The notes under the pieces are model-generated. The model searched no databases. It saw nothing but the letters and a program-made list of their open reading frames with translations, and was not told where the DNA came from. From Chthoniobacteraceae bacterium (GTDB taxonomy: Bacteria; Verrucomicrobiota; Verrucomicrobiia; Chthoniobacterales; Chthoniobacteraceae), in the NCBI GenBank assembly GCA_040081625.1, contig JBEBGD010000024.1:1-60907 (forward strand): a stretch of DNA of 60,907 nucleotides. The letters run 5' to 3'. Made by a program: the position numbers and the translations under genes. Position 1 is the first letter of the stretch, and each line of letters starts with the position of its first letter. Shown in pieces: positions 47,501 through 55,696 of this stretch.

Positions 47501-48578
47501 TGCAACAGTCGTCGCGCCGAACTACGCGCACATCATCGCCCACGCGGTTGGATTCAGGGCGCCGAATTCCGTCGCAAAGGTTGTCCCTGCGCTTTTCAAC
47601 TACTCGCACATCACCTCCAGTGACCCCAATGTCGTTGCTCCCTTGAGGCTCGAATATGACAACCAAGTCGATGCCGCAGCCGCGATGACCGCAGCTATCA
47701 CAGCAGGCATTCTCGAAGCAAGGACTGGCTACGTGACCGGAAATCCGGCCGGAGTCGCAACCTCCGCCACATTCAAGCCATTGACGGAGGTTACAAACCT
47801 GAAGAATGCGATCACCGCATTGGTCAAGCAGTCGCTCACTCTAACTGGAAATACGCCGGTAAACAGCCCGTGGCTTCCGGGTTCGAATCCGAATCTGTCG
47901 GAGAACCTGACAATGGGCGGCGACTCCATGCCGGGTGGCGGCGAAGGCCCCAATAACTTCAAACACAGTATCGGCTCAGTGCCGGAGTTGGCCATGGACG
48001 GCATCACCGTCATTGGCGGATTCACCTACAGCAACCAGACAGGCCCTGGCGGCGTGATCACCGGTTTTGTCTCCCAAGCGATCTCCACAAGCGATACGCG
48101 GCTCGCACCTTTGCCGGGTGGAACCGATCACGCTGTCGGAATCGTTGGAGCCGTTATCACCGCCGCCGTAACCGTCATTAAGGCGGACGTTGCAAAGTTT
48201 GACTACAGCAAGATCTTCTCGATCGCACAAGCCGCGGCCCAAGCTGCCAAATCTGTCGCATCTGGCTTCAACTCGAGCGGTCAGAGCGACATTTCAACCG
48301 CCGTGCTGAACGCATTTGCGTCACTTCGCATCCTCGCGGAGTTCAAGCCCGACGGGTTCACTCCGAATCCGTTCTGGGTTAACAGGGTCTATCAAAATTC
48401 ACCGACGAACACGAAGCTAAATCCCTACTATCAGTTGGACCAGAAGATCGCAAACGCGGTATCCTTCGGCGTTCTGGCGGCGATCGATAATATCCCCGGC
48501 GCAGGCGCGGCGGGTGTAATCAATTACAATCTCCGCAGTCTTTCTGGAACGCCAGTGACGGACATCTTCGAGTTGTAA
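44526..48578 (+). CDS. Large secreted Ala/Thr-rich, Cys-free protein B (candidate S-layer/surface protein)
   Basis: 1350 aa; signal peptide ending RPASA; 15-residue P-x-x-A-x-x-I helical repeats; ends GTPVTDIFEL; no family recognised. Confidence 0.88.
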   Translation: MKLMRHAHSLRYSALLAILIGSLGLRPASAQIQGDQPGQNYYPHLNSPIDTNGALAFIESQLNQQYLKVKVSGAGTIASPTVWKIQVPSLFVPDSQNMPVQPPVPADDPKNTFQTTADHFILAKDAQLDIALGAAVQKLLDGTAATAPVPFTGSLADLIGALASYKKTTVKTFIKSATINVLNWTGSFPGSVSQTVALEQLTIAAIQPDPAQAAGVVTTMLPLVVPKVKGGLTGTITPTLVTQYGTKQTTRSDSTLTAAGVQSALNALPGISSLGGVRVTPTNMGTTLRIEFGTGFVDNISTNPDVGDFQTALRDPALGLINYGIFTVVPDAAATTLAPFLGDFIITYQPVNLNSAAGTNRDVIPGYADAADEVVRRAIEQSSVNAVAIVSSALGVVMQGVDVSGNNIHDPITNLTLAKAKQLATQVSAAAVNAAFANNAGYLADEIAITIGTKIKAKFYQHKPTDPLNIKRLIASSEEVAAAIFSEGSWTDIKEVALVQAGLSKGFKGSIFEGSGTPEQVSANKPEDNILTQIKTTLGIVASSEQDNYLTNVRGGFVDAYSPLTPTNAAVVAQAVLAGMSGNQNYVAARLTGASAWLPAVLTASYFVGPDKHFFFRDLLQFDHANSGDDTIQEIVEAGVRGFTSQAGTLANSATLWVKIGTPGSAVPTFGPTDHPLGEITKGAALGLKGQPLYNTLLNGVVGRVISGAPLAKVPQTISLSSPGNLPLKSAVKLINFDAAGQAQLKEITSYAISGSLTAGHATAPTGVILTLAKAASGFHQFYQPILQGAIDAAAGGAGAIPSTEQWRAVLAVMAAKKLSTSLEFDGTFDEVITPTHLKATANFQTLYALIPSFATTVAGYDSNNALPITKGGDVINNLQLFPKAIFNKSFDAFVDPLVSASQTATQAVLTGVGLVSPASASLAATIAIKVRPADAAVIQADAIGLNPSQAANIKIAVSTASHVAAGTLDLFDYLDQTIFQNSKFLTEIVTAATVVAPNYAHIIAHAVGFRAPNSVAKVVPALFNYSHITSSDPNVVAPLRLEYDNQVDAAAAMTAAITAGILEARTGYVTGNPAGVATSATFKPLTEVTNLKNAITALVKQSLTLTGNTPVNSPWLPGSNPNLSENLTMGGDSMPGGGEGPNNFKHSIGSVPELAMDGITVIGGFTYSNQTGPGGVITGFVSQAISTSDTRLAPLPGGTDHAVGIVGAVITAAVTVIKADVAKFDYSKIFSIAQAAAQAAKSVASGFNSSGQSDISTAVLNAFASLRILAEFKPDGFTPNPFWVNRVYQNSPTNTKLNPYYQLDQKIANAVSFGVLAAIDNIPGAGAAGVINYNLRSLSGTPVTDIFEL

Positions 48579-48595
48579 GCTTCGGATGCTAATTC

Positions 48596-48635
48596 AAACG
48601 CCCCTGCGGCTATCAAGTCGCAGGGGCGTTTTTTT
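48596..48635 (+). terminator. Intrinsic terminator of protein B gene
   Basis: AAACGCCCCTGCG...CGCAGGGGCGTTT stem with a T7 tract, 17 nt after the stop. Confidence 0.9.
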
Positions 48636-48710
48636 GCCCGCGCAGGCCTAACGCTCAACGTCTTTGCAGACCAATTGCCTTCCACCTTCCGACTCCGAAT
48701 CTGATCGCCG

Positions 48711-50639
48711 GTGAGTATCCTGATCGTTCTCCTTCTTGCTTTGGGTATGGCTGTGCTTCAGACGCTGATCGGAGGCGTAAAGCTTGTTTACAGCTTGCCG
48801 GGCTACACCATCCTCGGCCTTTCGGCGGTGGCGACCGTCGGGTGGACTAGAAGACAGACCGTCTCGAAACCGATCGTCTGGTGCCTCGCTACTGCGGCGC
48901 TGCTTGGCGGGTATGTGGTTTGGCGCGCATGGAATTCCCCAGTCGATTACCTCGCCCGCTCTGATTTCTACCTGATCCTTGGCGCGATGCTGGTGTATCT
49001 GATCACCGCGATCCACATCGTCAATCCGCGCCACCGCCTCGCGTTGATCTGGGCGCTTTTCGGACTACTGATCGTTCACGTCGGAATTGGCGTCGTTCAA
49101 TTCAAGGAGCAGCACAACTTCATGCTTCTGCCGTGGGTTTTCCGCCCGGATTACGGCTATCGCGCTAGCGGTTTTTACATTTGCCCTAATCACCTTGCGG
49201 GCCTCCTCGAGATGACGGGCTTGATTGCTTTGAGCCTCGCGATTTGGGGACGTGGCAAAACCTGGGCTCGCATTCTCGCCAGCTATGCCGCGTTGATGGC
49301 GCTCGTCGGCGTAGCGCTTACGGGCAGTCGCGGTGGTTATCTCAGCACTATCGCGGGTTTGGCGACGTTCGTCGTGATTACCCTGGTCATCCTTCGGAAG
49401 GTGAAAAAACGCTGGTTTTGGGGGGCGTTTCTCCTGGCTTTCGTAGGTCTCGTCGGCGTAGTCGGCAGCTCTATTTGGGCAATGCGCAAGAGTCCCGACC
49501 TTGAGCGCCGCCTGGGTCAGGTCTATGAGCCCACAAACATGCGGTTTCTCATGTGGAAGGCGGCACTCGATGCACATGAACTGAGTCCTTGGGTCGGCGT
49601 CGGCAGCGGCACCTACCTATTCTACGGCCGCCATTTTCGCAGCCACTTCGTGCAAGCCGACCCGCAGCACGTTCACAATGACTATCTCGAACTCCTCGCC
49701 GAGTATGGCATCATCGGCTGCGTGTTCATGGGCATTTTCCTCGCGACACACGCGGCTTCCGGGTTCGCTGGGATTGCGGGCGTCATTCGCACCCGGCTGA
49801 AGCCGTTCGGCCTCGCACGAAGTAATGAGATGGCCTTACTCGTCGGAACTCTCTCGGGACTCGCCGCACTCACGGTTCATTCCGTCGTGGATTTTAACTT
49901 TCACATCCCGGCAAACACGGTGCTGCTTGCATTTCTTCTTGGAATCCTCGCCAATCCCCGGACCCCGCCGCCGGAAGACGCCCCGCGCTGGCGGATCAAC
50001 GGCTTGCCTCTGCGGCTCGCGCCGCCTCTCCTCGGCGTCATCGTCATCGCCGTCGCAGTCCCGAAAATTCTCCCGGAATACTACGGCGAGCGTGCCCGAA
50101 TGGCCCTGCGCGACCGGGCGGCTGCAGATGCCATCAGTTACGCCGGGCGTGCCATGAAGATGGATCCAAAGAATCCAAACGTTTACTACTACTTTGGTGA
50201 AGCGAAGCACAGCCTCGCTATGGCAGAGAAGGATTCAGTCGCGCGCTACCAGCTTCATGGCGAGGCAGCCATGGCATTCGCCGAAGGCCTTAAACACTTT
50301 CCAGCGGACCTCAACCTCCTGCTGAAACTCGGCCGCACACTCGACAACATGAAGCGATTTCGAGAAGCGGAAGTCATGTTCCGTCTAGCTCTGCAGGCGG
50401 ATCCAAATCTCGCCACGGTCTATGCCTACTACGGCTACCACTACTACTTGCAGCGGCGCCTTACGCGCGCCGAAAAGCTCTATCTCAAAGCCGCCCAGCT
50501 CGGCGATACCGAGATCGCGCCGGCCGGGCTGAACGACATCCACGTTTACCGGATCCACGCCAGCGACGAAGACCTCGCTGCTGACTATCCGATCGAAGAT
50601 GAGGCCGGCGACGAGCTGTGGCAGCCCGGTGAGCCCTGA
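48711..50639 (+). CDS. O-antigen ligase/O-oligosaccharyltransferase-like (Wzy_C) membrane protein with C-terminal TPRs, paralog 2
   Basis: GTG start; RASGFY.CPNH, GSRGGYL, GVGSGT, HVHNDYLELLAEYG, HSVVDFNFHIP; TPR tail. Confidence 0.9.
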   Translation: MSILIVLLLALGMAVLQTLIGGVKLVYSLPGYTILGLSAVATVGWTRRQTVSKPIVWCLATAALLGGYVVWRAWNSPVDYLARSDFYLILGAMLVYLITAIHIVNPRHRLALIWALFGLLIVHVGIGVVQFKEQHNFMLLPWVFRPDYGYRASGFYICPNHLAGLLEMTGLIALSLAIWGRGKTWARILASYAALMALVGVALTGSRGGYLSTIAGLATFVVITLVILRKVKKRWFWGAFLLAFVGLVGVVGSSIWAMRKSPDLERRLGQVYEPTNMRFLMWKAALDAHELSPWVGVGSGTYLFYGRHFRSHFVQADPQHVHNDYLELLAEYGIIGCVFMGIFLATHAASGFAGIAGVIRTRLKPFGLARSNEMALLVGTLSGLAALTVHSVVDFNFHIPANTVLLAFLLGILANPRTPPPEDAPRWRINGLPLRLAPPLLGVIVIAVAVPKILPEYYGERARMALRDRAAADAISYAGRAMKMDPKNPNVYYYFGEAKHSLAMAEKDSVARYQLHGEAAMAFAEGLKHFPADLNLLLKLGRTLDNMKRFREAEVMFRLALQADPNLATVYAYYGYHYYLQRRLTRAEKLYLKAAQLGDTEIAPAGLNDIHVYRIHASDEDLAADYPIEDEAGDELWQPGEP

Positions 50640-50691
50640 GCCGCAATCCGCGCTTGCGCCGTCCGCACATTTTGCGACCGGGTGGCCGCCG

Positions 50692-51786
50692 ATGACCGAT
50701 CCTGCCGCAAGCTCGCAATCCCCTACCGCACTGCTCGCCGCCGCATGGCGCCAGCAATGGCGGCCGCGGGTTCAGCGAACTGCCCGATGGCTGTCGGGGA
50801 TCTACCTCGCTGGCCTGACCGTGCTCCTCGCATGGCTGGAGTGGCATGGCGAAAGATGGTGGCCCACCGGGATCCTTCTTTTCGCCCCGCCGCAGGCGTT
50901 GCTGCTCCCGCTGCTACTGCTTTGCCCATTCTGCGTGGCCGTGCGGGCGAGGATGCTCTGGCCTCTCGCTGGAGCGATCGCCCTCGTCGTGCTTGGATTC
51001 ATGAGCTTCCGTTGGACGCCTCGATACGCGCCGGGTCGCAGCCATGTCAGCTTGGTAACGCACAATGCGGGGCAAGGTAGCCGCGGGCAGTTCTATGATT
51101 TTGTCGCCGCTGAGAACCCTGACATCATCGCTTTGCAGGACGCCCGCGGGCGCGCAGCGGAACTCGGCCGCAAATACCCCACACACCGCGTGATCACTCG
51201 CGGAGAGTTTTGCCTGGCGAGCCGGTTTCCGGTGCTGCACTCCGATTCCGTCGAGCAAGCGAAGTGGTTCAATCGCCCGGTCGCCGCGCGTTTCGAACTG
51301 CTCTGCCATGATCGTCCGTTAATCATCTACACCGTCCATTTACCGACGCCACGCCGGGAGCTCAGCCGATTCCTGAGCGGTCGCGCGATTGTTGATGTCT
51401 TCGCGGACGAGGACGCCGCGCGCCGTTCGCTCAGCTACGATGCATGGACTCGCGCGCGTTTGAAGCTGGCGAACGATCTCGCCGGAGTCTTCGCTCGCGA
51501 GTCGCTCCCGTTCATCGTCTGCGGCGATTTCAACACTCCTGACCACGGCGTCATCTATCACACAATCGCGCGCGGGCTCACCGATGCGCACCTGAGCGCC
51601 GGGCGCGGCTGGGGCTTTACCTTTCCCGGCTCCACGCGCAATCCGCTCACGCTCGGCGGCCCCTGGCTGCGGCTCGACTACGCGTTCGCCGGGCGCGGAT
51701 GGACGCCTGTTTACTGCGCGCCCGAACCCGGCCGACGTTCACAGCACTGCGCGGTCGTCGCGCGATTCGCTCCCAAGGCAGGATGA
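50692..51786 (+). CDS. Membrane-anchored endonuclease/exonuclease/phosphatase (EEP) family protein
   Basis: 3 N-terminal TM segments; VTHN, PDIIALQD, GDFN, RLDY, SQH; start uncertain (50692 ATG or 50629 GTG). Confidence 0.85.
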   Translation: MTDPAASSQSPTALLAAAWRQQWRPRVQRTARWLSGIYLAGLTVLLAWLEWHGERWWPTGILLFAPPQALLLPLLLLCPFCVAVRARMLWPLAGAIALVVLGFMSFRWTPRYAPGRSHVSLVTHNAGQGSRGQFYDFVAAENPDIIALQDARGRAAELGRKYPTHRVITRGEFCLASRFPVLHSDSVEQAKWFNRPVAARFELLCHDRPLIIYTVHLPTPRRELSRFLSGRAIVDVFADEDAARRSLSYDAWTRARLKLANDLAGVFARESLPFIVCGDFNTPDHGVIYHTIARGLTDAHLSAGRGWGFTFPGSTRNPLTLGGPWLRLDYAFAGRGWTPVYCAPEPGRRSQHCAVVARFAPKAG

Positions 51787-53435
51787 ACAGCCCGCGCGTT
51801 CGTTCTGCCATCTTTACCGCGATCGTCTTCGTGCTCGCCTTCGATGTCGCGTGGTTCTGGCAACGGCAGGCCGGCGCTTATGGCAGCGAATTTGGCGGTC
51901 ACCCGGACGAAGCCGCGCACTACGTCACCGGACTCTTCGTGCGCGATGCCATCGCCGCGCTCCCGCGCTGCGCGAGCGCCCGATCGCTCCAGCCGCTCAA
52001 GCCGTTCGCCGATCAAAACGATCCCGCCGGCTTTTACGCGCATTATCCGAAAGTCGCGCTCGGCGTCTGGCCTCCGGCATTCTATCTCGCGCAAGCAACG
52101 TGGACATCCGCTTTCGGCACGCACCGGCTGCCCATCCTGCTGCTGATGACTGCCCTCGCCGCCGCGCTTGCCACGCAGTTGTTCGCAGCACTCCGCGTTG
52201 AATACGGCGGCTGGCTCGCGGCAATCGGCGCGCTGGCACTCGTTAGCGTTCCGCTGGTGATCGAGCACTACAGCATGATCATGGCGGAGCTGCTCACCGC
52301 GATCTTCATGTTCGGCGCGGCCGCGGCGTGGGGCCGTTTCCTCGACGGCCAGCGTTCACGGGACGCGATCTACTTCGGCGTGCTCGCCGGCTTCGCAATC
52401 ATGACCAAGGGCACCGCAATCGCGCTCGCGCTGCATGCTCCGCTCGCGTTGGCGCTCACCGGGCGCTGGCGACTGCTCACGCGTCCGGCGCTGTGGATCG
52501 GAGCCGCCACTGTGGCGATCACCGCCGGCCCATGGACGTGGATCTTCCGGGACAAAGGACGTGAAGTCGGAGGCTGGCTCGAGACGAGTCCCTCGTGGCA
52601 CTTCACGCGCGATGCGGCGCCCTACTATCTCGGCAAACTCGGCCTCGCGCTCGGAGTCCTGCTCCTCGTGCTCGCCTGTCTCGGCGTCGTGATGAAGGTG
52701 CTGCGTCCGGGACTGCGGCCCGGGCTGTGGGCTTCGGCGGGCGCGCTCATCATCGCGGTGCTCGGGTTTCAAATGCTGCTGCCCGTCGGCCTCGAGGCGC
52801 GCCATCTGGTTTCGGTGCTTCCCGCGGTCATCATGTTTTCGATCGCCGGGCTCGACGCGCTGCGCGACGCCTACCGGCACAGGAAAGGCCTCCCTTCGAG
52901 CGAACCATCGCCGCTCGCGATCGCCGTCTTCGCTGTCGTCGTGGCCGGCGGCGTCCTGCTCGCTCATCGCATCGCTCCGCCGGATCCCAAGCGCTGGTCC
53001 GGCTTCGCGGCGATCGCCGAGGCAGTGCTGAACGATCCGCAGATGAAAGGCCGGCCCGTGCTCGTCTCCTCCGATGCGACGGGCGAGGGCATGTTCATCA
53101 GCGAAATCGCCATGCGCGACCACCGGCCGGGCGCCGTGGTGCTGCGCGCGAACAAAGAACTCGCGAGCATGGACTGGGCGGGTCGCGGCATCGCCACGAA
53201 ATTTCACAGCGACGAGGAGCTGATCGCCTGGATCAAAAGTAGCGGCGTCGGCGCCCTCGTCGTCGATCCGTCCATGCCGGAGGCAAAGCGCGGCGCGCAC
53301 CACGATCAACTCATCCTTCTGTGCGAGACGCACAGCGAACTGTTCTGGCCCGCCTCCTCGTCGCCGATCGTCCGCGGCGGCGAAACTCACTCGAAACCCA
53401 TCCGCCTTTACCTCGTGCGACGCCCAGCAAATTGA
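51783..53435 (+). CDS. GT-C-fold membrane glycosyltransferase (ArnT/PMT-like)
   Basis: ATG 51783 overlaps the EEP stop; HPDEAAHY in the first loop, WPPAFY, MTKG, RHL; ~12 TM segments. Confidence 0.8.
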   Translation: MNSPRVRSAIFTAIVFVLAFDVAWFWQRQAGAYGSEFGGHPDEAAHYVTGLFVRDAIAALPRCASARSLQPLKPFADQNDPAGFYAHYPKVALGVWPPAFYLAQATWTSAFGTHRLPILLLMTALAAALATQLFAALRVEYGGWLAAIGALALVSVPLVIEHYSMIMAELLTAIFMFGAAAAWGRFLDGQRSRDAIYFGVLAGFAIMTKGTAIALALHAPLALALTGRWRLLTRPALWIGAATVAITAGPWTWIFRDKGREVGGWLETSPSWHFTRDAAPYYLGKLGLALGVLLLVLACLGVVMKVLRPGLRPGLWASAGALIIAVLGFQMLLPVGLEARHLVSVLPAVIMFSIAGLDALRDAYRHRKGLPSSEPSPLAIAVFAVVVAGGVLLAHRIAPPDPKRWSGFAAIAEAVLNDPQMKGRPVLVSSDATGEGMFISEIAMRDHRPGAVVLRANKELASMDWAGRGIATKFHSDEELIAWIKSSGVGALVVDPSMPEAKRGAHHDQLILLCETHSELFWPASSSPIVRGGETHSKPIRLYLVRRPAN

Positions 53436-53475
53436 TTCGCGCGCACCACTGACCTCGGCAATTTATCCCAACGCC

Positions 53476-54945
53476 ATGCCTCTGGCCAAACCCGCCTACA
53501 CCAAGCTCAGCATCCTCATCGCCGCCTACAACGAAGAGGAGAGCCTCCGCGCGTGCATCGAAGGCGTGCTTGCCGTCGGCCTTCCCTCGGGCCTCGGCCG
53601 CGAGATTGTCATCGTCGATGACGGCTCGCGCGACAGCACCTGGAGCATCATGCAGGAACTCGCCGCGGAGCACGACGGCGTCGTCCGCGTCTTTCAGCAG
53701 CCTCAAAACATGGGCAAGGGCGCTGCGCTGCGCCGCGCGATCGCCGAGTCCACCGGCGACCTCGCCATCTTCCAGGATGCCGACCTCGAATACGATCCGC
53801 GCGACTACCCGCGCCTGCTCGCGCCGATCATCGACGGCCGGGCCGACGTCGTCTTCGGCAGCCGCTTCGCCGGCGACGAGCGCAAGGTGCTCTTCTTCTG
53901 GCATACACTCGCCAACCAATTCCTCACGCTGCTGAGCAACATGCTCAACGACACGAACTGGACCGACATGGAGACCTGCTACAAGGCCTTCCGTGCCGAC
54001 TGCCTGCGCGCCATCCCGCTCGAGAGCAACCGCTTCGGCATCGAGCCCGAGATCACCGCCAAGGTCGCGCGCAATCGGCTGCGCATGTTCGAAGTGCCGA
54101 TCAACTACAACGGACGCAGCTACGACGAGGGCAAAAAGATCACGTGGCGCGACGGGCTCGCCGCGCTGTGGTTCATCATCAAATACCGCTTCAGCTCGCG
54201 CTACAGCGACGCCGGCAAGGTCACCCTCGACGCCCTCGAGTGCGCGCCGCGCTTCAACGAGTGGATGTATGAAAGCGTGAAGCCCTGGCTCGGCGCGCGC
54301 GTCGCTGAGCTCGGCGTCGGGCGTGGAAACATCAGCCGCCACATCAAGGAGCACCCGCACGTCCTGCTCACCGACTACCGCACCGACTACCTCGAGGAGC
54401 TTCGCACGAAGTGGAAACTTCATCCTCATCTCGAGATCGCGAAGCTCGACATGACTGCGGGCACCGACTTCGAACAACTCCGCCGCTTCGCGCCCGACAG
54501 CGTCGTGTTCCTAAACGTGCTCGAGCACATCGAAGACGACCGCGCCGTGCTCGCGAATCTTTTCCGCACCGTGCTCGAGGGCTGCCGCATCGTCGTGCTC
54601 GTTCCATACAATCCAAAGCTCTACAGCGACTTCGACAAGGCGCTCGGCCACTTCCGCCGCTACTCGCGCGGCGAACTCGAGGCCAAAATGCGCGAAGCCG
54701 GTCTCGAGGTGGAGCGTCAGTTTTACTTCAACAAAGTCGGCGTCTTCGCGTGGTATGTCGCGAATACTCTCGGCGGGCAGGGCGCGCTCAAGCCATGGCA
54801 GCTCAAAGTCTATAACGCGCTCACGCCGATCTTCCGCGTGCTCGACAAAGTGCTCCCGACTAGCGGCCTCTCCACGGTCGTCATCGGCAGGAAGCCATCC
54901 GCGCCCGCCGCGAAGCCGCAGCCCGCAATCGCGGCGAGTGCCTGA
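53476..54945 (+). CDS. GT2 (polyprenol-phosphate glycosyltransferase-like) fused to class I SAM methyltransferase
   Basis: [41 protein letters not shown]; then [23 protein letters not shown]. Confidence 0.92.
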   Translation: MPLAKPAYTKLSILIAAYNEEESLRACIEGVLAVGLPSGLGREIVIVDDGSRDSTWSIMQELAAEHDGVVRVFQQPQNMGKGAALRRAIAESTGDLAIFQDADLEYDPRDYPRLLAPIIDGRADVVFGSRFAGDERKVLFFWHTLANQFLTLLSNMLNDTNWTDMETCYKAFRADCLRAIPLESNRFGIEPEITAKVARNRLRMFEVPINYNGRSYDEGKKITWRDGLAALWFIIKYRFSSRYSDAGKVTLDALECAPRFNEWMYESVKPWLGARVAELGVGRGNISRHIKEHPHVLLTDYRTDYLEELRTKWKLHPHLEIAKLDMTAGTDFEQLRRFAPDSVVFLNVLEHIEDDRAVLANLFRTVLEGCRIVVLVPYNPKLYSDFDKALGHFRRYSRGELEAKMREAGLEVERQFYFNKVGVFAWYVANTLGGQGALKPWQLKVYNALTPIFRVLDKVLPTSGLSTVVIGRKPSAPAAKPQPAIAASA

Positions 54946-55051
54946 AAATTCTGCGCAGCATTGCGTTGACGGTTGCGGCTCCGCTGTCGTGCCGGCATGG
55001 GCAGCGAGTCAGCCACGGGGCGCAACGATGCGATGCACTTCGCGGTGCTGC

Positions 55052-55696
55052 TTATTGGGCGGGTGGACTCGAGCGGCGTGATCGCAGCCGAGCGGCAATG
55101 AGGCACGCGATCGCGGCGAGCGCCGCTGCGGCATAGATCCACGCTGGGCGTTTCGTTCGCTCCTTCGCAGCAGGGGCGGTCCAGCCGGTGGCGAAATCCT
55201 GCGGACTATTCGCGCGGAGCAAGCCGGTGCTGACGTCTGCCTGGTCGCTGCGCTTGAGCCGCGCGATATACATCACGTCCCACGACTGGCCCGGCGCGTA
55301 GGGCCACTCGCTCAGCATCGTGTGTGTGAAGGTCACGCTCGTCGGCGGTGGACCGGGCGGCAGCGCGTAGTCGAGTTCGTATTGGTAGAAGGTCTGCTCA
55401 GGGTCGCCGCCGAAGAGAACGGGCGGCGTTATCTTTTCGACGCGCCCGGTGAGCGGTTGCGCCAGCGCGTTCAGCACGAGGTGCTGCACAAGATAATCGC
55501 CGTGCTTTTGCGTGGCGGCGTCGGGCGCGACGGTGATTTCCGCGCCGACCTGCTGCGCGACGAGGATCTCGCGCTGCGACACATTCACGGCCACGCGCAC
55601 GCGATCCGGGGCGAAGACAATCCACATCGAGTTCTGGATGAGCGGATGCGCGTGCGCGGTGGCGAGCAGGCAGAGCAGGGGAACGAGCAGGCGCAT
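55052..55696 (-). CDS. Exported protein with N-terminal His after the signal peptide and a C-terminal membrane anchor (resembles the soluble domain of HupE/UreJ-type proteins)
   Basis: ATG 55696 coupled to the upstream stop; MRLLVPLLCLLATAHA-HP...; C-terminal WIYAAAALAAIACLIAA-RLRSRR. Confidence 0.65.
   Translation of the reverse strand: MRLLVPLLCLLATAHAHPLIQNSMWIVFAPDRVRVAVNVSQREILVAQQVGAEITVAPDAATQKHGDYLVQHLVLNALAQPLTGRVEKITPPVLFGGDPEQTFYQYELDYALPPGPPPTSVTFTHTMLSEWPYAPGQSWDVMYIARLKRSDQADVSTGLLRANSPQDFATGWTAPAAKERTKRPAWIYAAAALAAIACLIAARLRSRRSSPPAQ

Noticed and set aside
40557..50640. Prophage or integrative element explaining the low-GC region
   Set aside because: No integrase, transposase, phage genes, tRNA target or flanking direct repeats were recognised.
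54950..55051. Weak long inverted repeat between the convergent GT2-MTase and exported-protein genes (GCAGCATTGCG...CGCGGTGCTGC)
   Set aside because: Too many mismatches and no U-tract; it could be a decayed element but cannot be supported.
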